A stretch of DNA of 64,000 nucleotides from Cyanobium sp. CACIAM 14 (GTDB lineage: Bacteria > Cyanobacteriota > Cyanobacteriia > PCC-6307 > Cyanobiaceae), in NCBI GenBank assembly GCA_000708525.1, contig JMRP01000009.1, forward strand, positions 2,588 to 66,587, given 5' to 3'. The notes under the pieces were generated by a model, which saw only the letters and a program-made list of their open reading frames with translations, was not told the DNA's origin and ran no database searches. The position numbers and the translations under genes are program-made. Shown one piece after another: positions 48,815 to 57,210 of this stretch (position 1 is the first letter of the stretch; the number at the start of each line of letters is the position of its first letter).

Positions 48815-50179
48815 TCAGAAGAATTCCAGATAACGCTGTTGCTCCCATTCGGAAACGGTCGAATGGTATGCCTCCCACTCCTCTCGTTTGTAGGTGACGA
48901 AAGCATTGAACATGGCATCACCGAATACGCTTTTTGCAAGTGGATCGTCGGCGAAGGCCTGGATCGCCTCCCCGAGGGTCCGTGGCAGCATCCGCAGGCC
49001 ACGTTCGGCCCGTTGCTCGGGGCTGAGCGTGTAGGCATTCACCAGATTGGGTGCCCCTGGATCCAGTTCCTCCCGGATGCCCTCGAGCCCGGCCGCCAGC
49101 ATCAGTGCACCTCCCAGATAGGGATTGCAGGAAATGTCCGCGGCCCTGCATTCCACCCTTCCGCCCGGTGAGGGAATCCGCAGCATGTTGGTGCGATTGT
49201 TGTTGCCGTAGCACACGAACACCGGTGCCCAGGTGAATCCCGACATGCTCCCCTGAGCCACCAGCCGCTTGTAGCTGTTGACCGTCGGGGCGATCACGGC
49301 GCAGATGGCGGGTGCATGTCGGAGCACGCCGGCGATGAACTGTTCGGCCAACCGTGTGACCTTCCCGGGAGTGGCCTCCGGGGTGGCGAAGAGGTTGGCG
49401 CCCGTCCGGTCGTCCGCCAGGGACATGTTGAAGTGGGCGCCACTGCCGGTGCGATCCCCGAAGGGCTTGGGCATGAAGGTGGCCAGCAACCCATGGCGGT
49501 GGGCGATCTCCTTGGCCATCAGCTTGAAGAAGGTCAGCCGGTCCGCCATGGCGAGCACCTCGGCGTAGTCGAAGTCGGTCTCGAACTGGCCGGGTCCGTC
49601 CTCGTGGTCGAAGGAATACACCCCCCACCCCAGGGCGTTCATCGCCTCCACCAGTTCCCCGAGCCAGGGGAGGTTGTCGAGCAGCCCGCGCACGTCGTAG
49701 GCCGGCTTGTCGAGGGTGTCGCGGTCGCTGAAGGGAACCCAGCGGCCGGTGGCCGCCTTTCTGAGCACGAAGAACTCGGTCTCGACACCGAGGTTGAAAC
49801 GGAAGCCCATCGCCGCCGCCTCCGCACGCACCCGCTGCAGGATGTTGCGGCTGCAGGCCTCGAAGGGTTGGCCGTGCAGGTGCAGATCACTGGCGAACCA
49901 GGCCACCTCGCTCTGCCAGGGCAGCACCGTGACACTGGCGGGATCGGGGACGGCGGCCACCTCGTCGTCGCTCACCTCCTGGGGCACCCCGTCGAGGGCG
50001 GCCCCCGTGAACAGTTCGGAGCCGCCCATCATCTGGCCGAGGTGGGCCAGCGGAACCGCCTTGGCCTTGCTCACGCCGTGGAGGTCGACGAAGCTCGCCA
50101 GGGCGTAGCGGACGCCCTTGGCCCGCAGGTCGGCCTGCAGGCTGGTGACGGCATCGGAGGCCGGATGCTGGTGGACCAT
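48815..50179 (-). CDS. Glutamine synthetase family protein (GS-I-like, gamma-glutamyl ligase type, substrate unknown)
   Basis: GVETEFFV, HEDGPGQFETD, GSGAHFNMSL, SYKRL and NNRTNMLRIP. Its ATG shares nucleotide 50179 with the hypB-like stop (TGATG). Confidence 0.85.
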   Translation of the reverse strand: MVHQHPASDAVTSLQADLRAKGVRYALASFVDLHGVSKAKAVPLAHLGQMMGGSELFTGAALDGVPQEVSDDEVAAVPDPASVTVLPWQSEVAWFASDLHLHGQPFEACSRNILQRVRAEAAAMGFRFNLGVETEFFVLRKAATGRWVPFSDRDTLDKPAYDVRGLLDNLPWLGELVEAMNALGWGVYSFDHEDGPGQFETDFDYAEVLAMADRLTFFKLMAKEIAHRHGLLATFMPKPFGDRTGSGAHFNMSLADDRTGANLFATPEATPGKVTRLAEQFIAGVLRHAPAICAVIAPTVNSYKRLVAQGSMSGFTWAPVFVCYGNNNRTNMLRIPSPGGRVECRAADISCNPYLGGALMLAAGLEGIREELDPGAPNLVNAYTLSPEQRAERGLRMLPRTLGEAIQAFADDPLAKSVFGDAMFNAFVTYKREEWEAYHSTVSEWEQQRYLEFF

Positions 50180-50880
50180 CAGGCGGACACCAGGGTGGGG
50201 GTGGACCGAACCGCGCTGAGCTGATCGACGAGCCAGCCGTGCCAGGCCTCGAAGCCCTCACCGCTGCTGGCGGAGAGGCGAAAGACGGCGGTGCGGGGGT
50301 TGACCTGGCGGATGTGATCCTCGATCCGCTCCACGTCCACCGGCAGGTGCGGCAGCAGATCCACCTTGGTGATCAGCACGCAGTCCGCCTCCCGGAACAT
50401 CACCGGGTACTTGAGGGGCTTGTCGTCGCCCTCGGTGACGCTCAGCAGCGCCACCTTGCGGTGTTCGCCGACGGCGAACTCCGCCGGGCAGACCAGATTG
50501 CCCACGTTCTCCACCCAGAGCACGTCCAGCTCGGCCGGATCCAGTTGCTGCCGGAGCAGTTTCAGGCCGCCGCTCACCATGGCGGCATCGAGGTGGCAGG
50601 CCCGGCCGGTGGTGATCGGCACCACGGGAATCCCGAGGGCCTCCAGACGCCTGGCATCGAGCTGGGTGGTCATGTCGCCTTCCAGCACGGCCATCGACCA
50701 GCGGCTGGAGAGGGCGGCGAGGCTGCGTTCCAGCAGGGAGGTCTTGCCGGCGCCGGGGCTGCTCATCACGTTGAGGCAGAGCAGGTTCCAGGCATCGAAG
50801 TGGGCGCGGTTGTGCTCGGCCCGGTGCTGGTTGGCCGCCAGCAGGTTGAGGCCGAGGTTGTCTTCGAGGGGCATGTGCAT
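50179..50880 (-). CDS. hypB: HypB-type nickel-insertion GTPase (GhaB-like by context)
   Basis: [11 protein letters not shown] (P-loop), [15 protein letters not shown]. Confidence 0.85.
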   Translation of the reverse strand: MHMPLEDNLGLNLLAANQHRAEHNRAHFDAWNLLCLNVMSSPGAGKTSLLERSLAALSSRWSMAVLEGDMTTQLDARRLEALGIPVVPITTGRACHLDAAMVSGGLKLLRQQLDPAELDVLWVENVGNLVCPAEFAVGEHRKVALLSVTEGDDKPLKYPVMFREADCVLITKVDLLPHLPVDVERIEDHIRQVNPRTAVFRLSASSGEGFEAWHGWLVDQLSAVRSTPTLVSA

Positions 50881-50886
50881 GGCAGG

Positions 50887-51261
50887 TCAGCCGACGGGGA
50901 TGGGGGAGGGGCAGGAATAGGCGACGGAGCGGATCCGCAGCTCCCGGCCGCTGACGATCTCCTCCATCGGGTGCCGGCAGCAGGGGGAGCGATAGCCGGA
51001 CTCGGGATCGGGGCTGTAGGTGGCCTGGCAGCGAAGGCAGCGACCGATCAGCTGGACCGGCTCGATCACGAGCTCGGCTCCTTCGAGCCAGCTGCCCCGC
51101 ACGGCGTCCGCCCAGGTGAGCACCAGCTGATCGGGCTCGACGCAGGTGAAGGTGCCCACCTGGAGATGGACCCGATCCACCCTGGGCACCCGGGGGGCAT
51201 GCTGCTGCTTCCACTCGTTCATGGAGAGCAGCAGGCAGCGGGTCATGTCGACTTCGTGCAT
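50887..51261 (-). CDS. hypA: HypA-type nickel metallochaperone (GhaA-like by context)
   Basis: MHE N-terminus (Ni site), CLRC ... PCC zinc-site region, size 124 aa. Confidence 0.8.
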   Translation of the reverse strand: MHEVDMTRCLLLSMNEWKQQHAPRVPRVDRVHLQVGTFTCVEPDQLVLTWADAVRGSWLEGAELVIEPVQLIGRCLRCQATYSPDPESGYRSPCCRHPMEEIVSGRELRIRSVAYSCPSPIPVG

Positions 51262-51265
51262 GCCC

Positions 51266-52480
51266 CTATCTCCAGGCCCGGTCGACCTGCAGGTTGCAGG
51301 TGGGGGAGATCCAGCCGGGCATGGCCTGGCGGGGCAGCTGACCGCTGACCACCAGATGGGCCAGGGTGTCGCAGATGACCCGGGTGGCCATGAGGGACGT
51401 CATGTCGCTGATGTCGTAGGGGGGGGACACCTCCACCACCTCGAGGCCGCAGACCGGCACGTTGCGCACGATCAGTTCCAGCAGCTTGAGGGCTTCGCGG
51501 GGCAGCAGGCCGCCCGGTTCGGGCCAGCCGGTGCCGGGCACGAAGCCGGCGTCGATGCAGTCGATGTCGAAGGAGATGTAGACGCAGTCGGTGCCGTCGG
51601 TGGCCCGCTCGATGGCGAACCGCGCCGCCGCCTCCAGGCCCATGTCGCAGATGTCGGTGACCGTGAGGACATTGGTGCCCCGTTCGCGGCAGACCTTCAC
51701 CCCTTCCCGCGGCACCTGCCAGCCGCCGATGCCCAGCTGCACCAGGTTCTCGGCCGGGGCGTTCGCCATGTTGGTGGCGTGGAACCACGGCGTGGTGTGC
51801 ATGCGCTCGTCGAGGTCGGTCTCCTGGGTGTCGACGTGGCGGTCGAAATGGATGATGCCCACCTTCCGCTCGCCCAGGTGCCGGCAGACGCCCCGCACCG
51901 TGGGAAAGCCGATCGAGTGGTCGCCGCCCAGGATCACCGGGAAGGCGCCGCTGGCGAAGACGTGGGCGATCCCCTTGGAGATCTGATCGAAGCTCTTCTC
52001 GTTGTTGGCGGGGATGGTGAAGATGTCACCCACGTCGCAGAGGCGGATCTGCTCGCGCAGGTCGACCCCCATCTCGTAGTTGTAGGGGGTGTAGAGGGCC
52101 GAGATCCGCCGGATCCCCTGGGGACCGAAGCGGGTGCCGGGGCGGTAGGTGGTGCCGCTGTCGTGGGGGACTCCCACCACGGCCACGTCGAACTCACCGA
52201 CGCGGTTCACGTCCTCCAGGTAGGGCGCCTTCATGAAGGTGTTGATGCCCGCGAAATGGGGCAGCTCCCCGCGGGAGAAGGTGGAGATGCGGCGATCGAC
52301 GATGCTCTCGGCGGCTTCCAGGCCCCAGCGGTGGGCCTGCTCCACCTCCTGCTGCCAGCCGGTGAGGGGCAGGGACGCCTCCCTGGCCAGAGCCCGGGCT
52401 CCTTCGCCACCGGGTGGAGCCGGACCACGATCGAAGGCCGCGGCCGCGTCGGCCGGACTGCCGCTGGACGGTTCGTTCAC
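51266..52480 (-). CDS. Ureohydrolase (arginase/agmatinase fold), probable Ni-dependent guanidine hydrolase GdmH type
   Basis: ILGGDHSI, HFDRHVD, SFDIDCID and EVVEVSP metal-site motifs. It is followed by hypA/hypB-like genes and preceded by a guanidine-I riboswitch. GTG start at 52480 follows AAGAGG. Confidence 0.75.
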   Translation of the reverse strand: MNEPSSGSPADAAAAFDRGPAPPGGEGARALAREASLPLTGWQQEVEQAHRWGLEAAESIVDRRISTFSRGELPHFAGINTFMKAPYLEDVNRVGEFDVAVVGVPHDSGTTYRPGTRFGPQGIRRISALYTPYNYEMGVDLREQIRLCDVGDIFTIPANNEKSFDQISKGIAHVFASGAFPVILGGDHSIGFPTVRGVCRHLGERKVGIIHFDRHVDTQETDLDERMHTTPWFHATNMANAPAENLVQLGIGGWQVPREGVKVCRERGTNVLTVTDICDMGLEAAARFAIERATDGTDCVYISFDIDCIDAGFVPGTGWPEPGGLLPREALKLLELIVRNVPVCGLEVVEVSPPYDISDMTSLMATRVICDTLAHLVVSGQLPRQAMPGWISPTCNLQVDRAWR

Positions 52481-52511
52481 TCAGACCTCTTGGCACGGTG
52501 GGAAAGGGCGG

Positions 52512-52639
52512 TCTCCCGGGCTTTTGTCCCTCCGTGCCACTCACAGGGGGCCGGAAGACCGCTCCCTGGGAGTGCGCTTCTCTCGGACCAGACATCGGGC
52601 AGATCAGGCGAAGCCTGACCTGCCGGACCGGAACCCTAG
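52512..52639 (-). promoter_or_regulatory. Guanidine-I riboswitch (ykkC class) aptamer
   Basis: The minus strand reads CUAGGGUUCCGG ... CUGGUCCGAGAG ... CACGGAGGGACAAAAGCCCGGGAGA. These are the three invariant blocks of the ykkC consensus in the correct order, about 30 nt upstream of the start codon. Confidence 0.8.
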
Positions 52640-52687
52640 AAGCAACTGTCCGCCCGCTCATCTTCACCGGCCCTCCCGGCGCAGGTT

Positions 52688-52701
52688 GTGACGGTTGCTA
52701 C
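52688..52701 (-). promoter_or_regulatory. Candidate NtcA-type site upstream of the riboswitch
   Basis: The minus strand reads GTAGCAACCGTCAC (GTA-N8-CAC), followed after 22 nt by GAAGAT (-10-like). This is about 25 nt upstream of the aptamer. Confidence 0.3.
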
Positions 52702-52734
52702 GGCAGCCGGCCCGCCGGCCTCACGGCGCGGGGG

Positions 52735-53001
52735 TCACGGCTCAGGCCTCGCGACCCCGCTCTCGCGGCGCAGCTGCAGGAACAGGTAGGCGGGGTCCTT
52801 GTAGTGGCCCGGCAGGCACTGGTGCAGCTGCTCGAGCCGCTGCCAGCAGACCGTGCGCTGGATCTTCCGGAGCGTGCGCCCTTCACGGACCAGCAGGCGA
52901 AGCGCCTTGCAGTACATGGCGTAGTTGGCCTCCAGTTCCCCGATCGTGACCTTCGGACGCTTGACCTTCGGATCAGGGGCGGGAACCGGTCGGGCGTTCA
53001 T
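52735..53001 (-). CDS. Small conserved protein with an RTVCW motif. Paralog of 30069-30332.
   Basis: MNARPVPAPDPKVKRPKVTIGELEANYAMYCKALRLLVREGRTLRKIQRTVCWQRLEQLHQCLPGHYKDPAYLFLQL. Confidence 0.6.
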   Translation of the reverse strand: MNARPVPAPDPKVKRPKVTIGELEANYAMYCKALRLLVREGRTLRKIQRTVCWQRLEQLHQCLPGHYKDPAYLFLQLRRESGVARPEP

Positions 53002-53177
53002 CGGACATCCTTCCGGGGCGGACCCCGCAGCGATGGCCCCACTGTTGGGCGCCGGCCAGCGGCGGGCGCCCCCCAAACGGGGACAATCCGCTTCTTGAGG
53101 GTTTGCGGACCCGACCGCAGCGCCGATGCTGCGGCCTTCCGATTCGGTTAATGTTTCAACAGCGACAAGCGTCGGTG

Positions 53178-53336
53178 ATGTACGAAGACCATCCGGTCCT
53201 GAACTCCCTCCAGCAGCGGCTCAGCGCTCTGAAGGAGCAGTACAGCCGGGTCCCCAACGAGCTCAACCGCTACCGGGTGGTGCGACAGGAGCAGCTGATC
53301 GCCCAGTGGGCTCCTGCCGTGCCCGCCCTGGGCTGA
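53178..53336 (+). CDS. Small hypothetical protein (52 aa), tandem copy 1
   Basis: MYEDHPVLNSLQQRLSALKEQYSRVPNELNRYRVVRQEQLIAQWAP. Paralogous to 53449-53616, including 30 nt of leader (TTAA-N26-ATG). Confidence 0.5.
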   Translation: MYEDHPVLNSLQQRLSALKEQYSRVPNELNRYRVVRQEQLIAQWAPAVPALG

Positions 53337-53448
53337 TGCCTTTCGTCTGCGGGGGGGATGGCGCCTATCCGCAGCAGGTGCGAATCACCGTGCCCCCTGT
53401 CCACCCTCTCACTTGGCGTTAACCTGGAAGAGCCTCCGCGACGAGGTG

Positions 53449-53616
53449 ATGAACGAGAACCATCCCGTCTATCAGTCCCTGCTTTCCATGCTCTGGACGC
53501 TCAGGGAGCAGTACCGGCATCATCCCAGCGAGCAGAGCCGCTACCGGATGGTGCGGATGGAGCAATTGATCGCCCAGTGGGCCCCCGGCGCCCCTGCCTC
53601 CGACCTGCAGCCCTGA
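53449..53616 (+). CDS. Small hypothetical protein (55 aa), tandem copy 2
   Basis: MNENHPVYQSLLSMLWTLREQYRHHPSEQSRYRMVRMEQLIAQWAP. Confidence 0.5.
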   Translation: MNENHPVYQSLLSMLWTLREQYRHHPSEQSRYRMVRMEQLIAQWAPGAPASDLQP

Positions 53617-53845
53617 CACCGCCCTCCCTGGCCGAAACGGGGAGCCCGTGAGGCAGTTCTGTCCGAGCTGGCTGGCAGGCGCCGGGCGCCGGGGCCGGCA
53701 CCATGCGGGCGCATCCTGAAGAAAATCTCCCGCTTGTGCTGGCGGTGATCGATGTTGCGGTTCCCGCCAGCTCCATTGGCTAATCCGAAAGCAGCGGAGC
53801 TTCCCCTTCGCCTGCCCTTCGGCATCCCTTCTGCAACTCCTCGGC

Positions 53846-54778
53846 ATGGGCAAGAAAGACAAGGGTGGTCTCAAGACGAAGACCAAATCCGGTAAGAAAG
53901 CGGCCAACGGCCATGCAGCGGGCGGCCTGATCGAGGCCGATCTCTACCGGGCCTCCCCCATCCTCGACGACTTCTCCCGCCATTCCGAGGGCCGACCTCC
54001 CAAGCTCGATCGCAGGTTCTACGAGAAGGAACTGGTCCGCCTCCAGGTCGAACTGGTGAAGATGCAGTACTGGGTGAAGCATGTGGGTTACCGCATGATC
54101 CTGCTGTTCGAGGGCCGTGACGCCGCCGGCAAGGGCGGCACGATCAAACGGATCACCGAGCCCCTCAACCCCCGTGGCTGCAACGTGGTGGCCCTCGGCA
54201 CCCCCTCCGATCAGCAGAAGACCCAGTGGTATTTCCAGCGCTATGTCGAGCACTTTCCCTCGGCCGGGGAGATCGTGCTGTTCGATCGCAGCTGGTACAA
54301 CCGGGCCGGGGTGGAGAAGGTGATGGGTTTCTGCACCTCCGAGCAGGTGGAGGAATTCATGCTCTCCTGCCCGGAATTCGAGCGCATGCTGGTGCGCAGC
54401 GGCATCACCCTGATCAAGTACTGGTTCTCGGTGAGCGACGAGGAGCAGGAGGCCCGCTTCCGCTCCAGGCTGGAGGATCCCGCCCGGCGCTGGAAGCTCA
54501 GTCCGATGGACCTGGAATCCCGCGACCGCTGGGTGGACTTCTCCCGGGCGAAGGACGAGATGTTCGCCCACACCAACATTCCCGAGGCGCCGTGGTTCAC
54601 GGTGGAGGCCGACGACAAGCGCCGGGCCAGGCTGAACTGCATCCGCCATCTGCTCAGCAAGGTTCCCTACGAGGACATGACGCCGGAAGCCATCGACCTG
54701 CCTCCCCGCAAGAGCGGTGGCGATTACCAGCGCCCCCCCATGAACGAGCAGTTCTTCGTGCCCAACGCCTATCCCTGA
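53846..54778 (+). CDS. ppk2: Polyphosphate kinase 2 family protein
   Basis: LLFEGRDAAGKGGTIKRI (Walker A), FDRSWYNR, and a basic N-terminus. Confidence 0.88.
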   Translation: MGKKDKGGLKTKTKSGKKAANGHAAGGLIEADLYRASPILDDFSRHSEGRPPKLDRRFYEKELVRLQVELVKMQYWVKHVGYRMILLFEGRDAAGKGGTIKRITEPLNPRGCNVVALGTPSDQQKTQWYFQRYVEHFPSAGEIVLFDRSWYNRAGVEKVMGFCTSEQVEEFMLSCPEFERMLVRSGITLIKYWFSVSDEEQEARFRSRLEDPARRWKLSPMDLESRDRWVDFSRAKDEMFAHTNIPEAPWFTVEADDKRRARLNCIRHLLSKVPYEDMTPEAIDLPPRKSGGDYQRPPMNEQFFVPNAYP

Positions 54779-54782
54779 ACGT

Positions 54783-57200
54783 CTATCCCCGAGTGCCCAT
54801 CCCCTGTCCCAGGCGCCCGCGCCCCCCCAGCGCCTCCAGCCAGATCAGCACCACCAGCCAGTGGATCAGCACCGGCGGCCAGATGGATCCCGTGGCCAGA
54901 TAGGCGATCACGCACACCAGCCCCAGCAGGGTCGTCAGCACCAGGAACCGGGCATCGGCGAAGAGTCGCCTCCCCTGCGGATACCAGAGCCGCCCCGCCA
55001 GGGGGTGGTAGGCGACGAAGAGGCCGAGGCTGAGCGCTCCCCAGGCGGTGTTCTCCCAGGCGCCCGTGCCCTCGAGGGGGTGGGGCAGCAGGGCCGCACG
55101 GAACAGGGCTTCCTCGACCAGGGCGGGGGTGATCAGCAGGATCGGCGCCTGCCGCACCAGCACCAGCGGACGCAGGCTGGGCCTGGGCAGCGGCAGGAAA
55201 CCGCTGCGCCGCCCCAGCGGCACGGCCAGGGCGGCATAGCCCCCCAGCAGCAGGAGGCTCAGGCTCATGCTCTGCGGCGTGAGCGGGGTGAACAGGGCAT
55301 CCATCAGGCGGGCCAGCGGCACACCGATCAGGGGCAGCCGGCCCAGCAGCAGGGTCGGTGCGAGGGGAGCCAGAGATGGATCGGCGCCGGGCAACTGGTT
55401 GGTGCGCACGATCCAGAGGGGATCCCCGTGGCGCAGGAACACCCGGGCCATCGCGTCGTGGGCGCGGCGCGGCAGCATCGAACGCCAGCTGAGCAGCACG
55501 TCCCGCAGTCTCTGATCGGCCCGGAAGCGTTCCGGCCCCTCCGCCGGCCCCTCCGCCGGCGTCCCGACGAGATCCGCATTGAGGCGCCAGTCCTCGCGCA
55601 CCCTGCCGAAGGGGGTCAGCAGGGACTCCAGGGCCCGGGCGAGGGAGGCCAGCCGGGGCAGGTCGCCGCCGTCCAGCTCCCGGCGACGGCGGCGCAGCTG
55701 GTCGATGGCGATCCACAGGGACTGGCTGGAGTCCTGCACGCAGGAGATGGAGGGAGTGACCAGGGAGACACCGCCGCCGTCGCCGCTCCGGTAGCGGGCC
55801 ATCAGCACCTCGGCCTGGACCCCCAGCTCCTCCAGCAGTCGGGGATCGGTGCGCACCAGCACGTCCGAGATCGGCCGCGTGCCCAGCCAGCCCCGCTGCA
55901 GATTGCCGGTGTAGGCGCTCCAGTCCTGGCGGCCGGCGACGATCCCGTTGGGATTGTTGGCGTAGATCTGGTGGTACCGCAGGTCGAAGCGCGGTTCTCC
56001 GGTGAAGGGATCGTCCACGAGCCGGGCGACGCCGAAGGCGAAATGGCCCGTCACCGTGAAGCCGCTGATCGGCTCGCCGGCGGGGCCGCCGATGCCTCCG
56101 AAACTGTGGATCAGCAGGGCCCGCTGGCCCGTCTGCCATGGGCTGGGGGCCGCGTCGGGCACCAGCGCCACCCGGCTGTAGCGGCCGCGCCTGGTCTGGC
56201 TGTCGCTCCAATTGATCCGGCTGATGTGGTGCAGCCCGGCGGCGGTGCCGCGCAGCACTCGATCAGGGTCCAGGCGGGTGAGACGGCGTGGTTCCAGGGC
56301 CTGGGCCGTGAAGGTCCCCTCGGCGTCGGGTGCGCCGTAGAGGTACCAGCCGTCCCGGCCCACGGGAGCGCCCAGCAGCCCATCCGGCGAGAACAGGCGC
56401 CGGCCGAAGCGATCGGGGGGCTGCCGGGGCAGCCGCACGGTTTCGATCGGTCCGGTGAAGCCGCGCTTCTGCCTGTCGTAGTGCTGCACCCGGAAGCGTT
56501 CCGGGTTGGAGGGATCCCGGGAGAGGAGCCGCACCAGCCCCACCCAGCGGCCGGTGCTCTGCAGCGGCGGCCGGCCGATGCGCAGCCGTGGTTCCCCCTC
56601 TCGGACCTCCATCCGCACCTGCTCGAGCCGCACGGTGATGTCGTCGTGCGGATGGGCGCCCGCCAGGGACTGCAGCGGCCCCACGGAATCGCGACCGTCG
56701 AGACGGGTGGGCACCACGTTCCCCTGGCGAGCCGCCAGTCGGGCCTCGGCCCCGAGACGCACCGGCGTGCTCACCTTGTCCACCAGGGCGAGCAGACCGG
56801 GGTCGTCCTCCCAGGCCAGGCGCAGGCGCCGGCCGATCAGTGCCTGCCGGCGGGCCGGCGCCTGTTCCACCTCCAGCCAGACCCAGTCACCCGCCTCGGC
56901 CGCCATCTCCTCGGCGCCCGGAAGGATGAGCCGGCCGAACCACTCGCCATGGGGACGGTAGACGGCCGGATCGGGTCGGCGCTCCAGCGGATAGTGCGCC
57001 GGCCGGTTGAACGGCGCGGCCCAGGCCAGCGCGTAGCTGGTGGGCGGGCTGGGGACGGGCGGCTGGATTGCTCGGGCCAGCGGCAGGCTCAGCAGCGCGG
57101 CGACGGCAACGGCCAGGAGCCGGGCGATCCAGCGGGGCCGGCCGGCGGGGCATCCTGGGGCGAGCGGACCGCGCGGCGGGCCGGGGATCGGCAGGGGCAT
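54783..57200 (-). CDS. Large protein with a signal peptide, a ~600-aa domain of unknown function and a C-terminal CPBP (CAAX/Abi) intramembrane metalloprotease domain
   Basis: The C-terminus has VEEALFR (EExxxR), FVAYH and PVLIHW motifs across TM helices. The start was moved to ATG 57200 (MPLPIPG) to avoid overlapping the rhomboid gene. Confidence 0.7.
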   Translation of the reverse strand: MPLPIPGPPRGPLAPGCPAGRPRWIARLLAVAVAALLSLPLARAIQPPVPSPPTSYALAWAAPFNRPAHYPLERRPDPAVYRPHGEWFGRLILPGAEEMAAEAGDWVWLEVEQAPARRQALIGRRLRLAWEDDPGLLALVDKVSTPVRLGAEARLAARQGNVVPTRLDGRDSVGPLQSLAGAHPHDDITVRLEQVRMEVREGEPRLRIGRPPLQSTGRWVGLVRLLSRDPSNPERFRVQHYDRQKRGFTGPIETVRLPRQPPDRFGRRLFSPDGLLGAPVGRDGWYLYGAPDAEGTFTAQALEPRRLTRLDPDRVLRGTAAGLHHISRINWSDSQTRRGRYSRVALVPDAAPSPWQTGQRALLIHSFGGIGGPAGEPISGFTVTGHFAFGVARLVDDPFTGEPRFDLRYHQIYANNPNGIVAGRQDWSAYTGNLQRGWLGTRPISDVLVRTDPRLLEELGVQAEVLMARYRSGDGGGVSLVTPSISCVQDSSQSLWIAIDQLRRRRRELDGGDLPRLASLARALESLLTPFGRVREDWRLNADLVGTPAEGPAEGPERFRADQRLRDVLLSWRSMLPRRAHDAMARVFLRHGDPLWIVRTNQLPGADPSLAPLAPTLLLGRLPLIGVPLARLMDALFTPLTPQSMSLSLLLLGGYAALAVPLGRRSGFLPLPRPSLRPLVLVRQAPILLITPALVEEALFRAALLPHPLEGTGAWENTAWGALSLGLFVAYHPLAGRLWYPQGRRLFADARFLVLTTLLGLVCVIAYLATGSIWPPVLIHWLVVLIWLEALGGRGRLGQGMGTRG

Positions 57201-57210
57201 GGGGCCGCGA

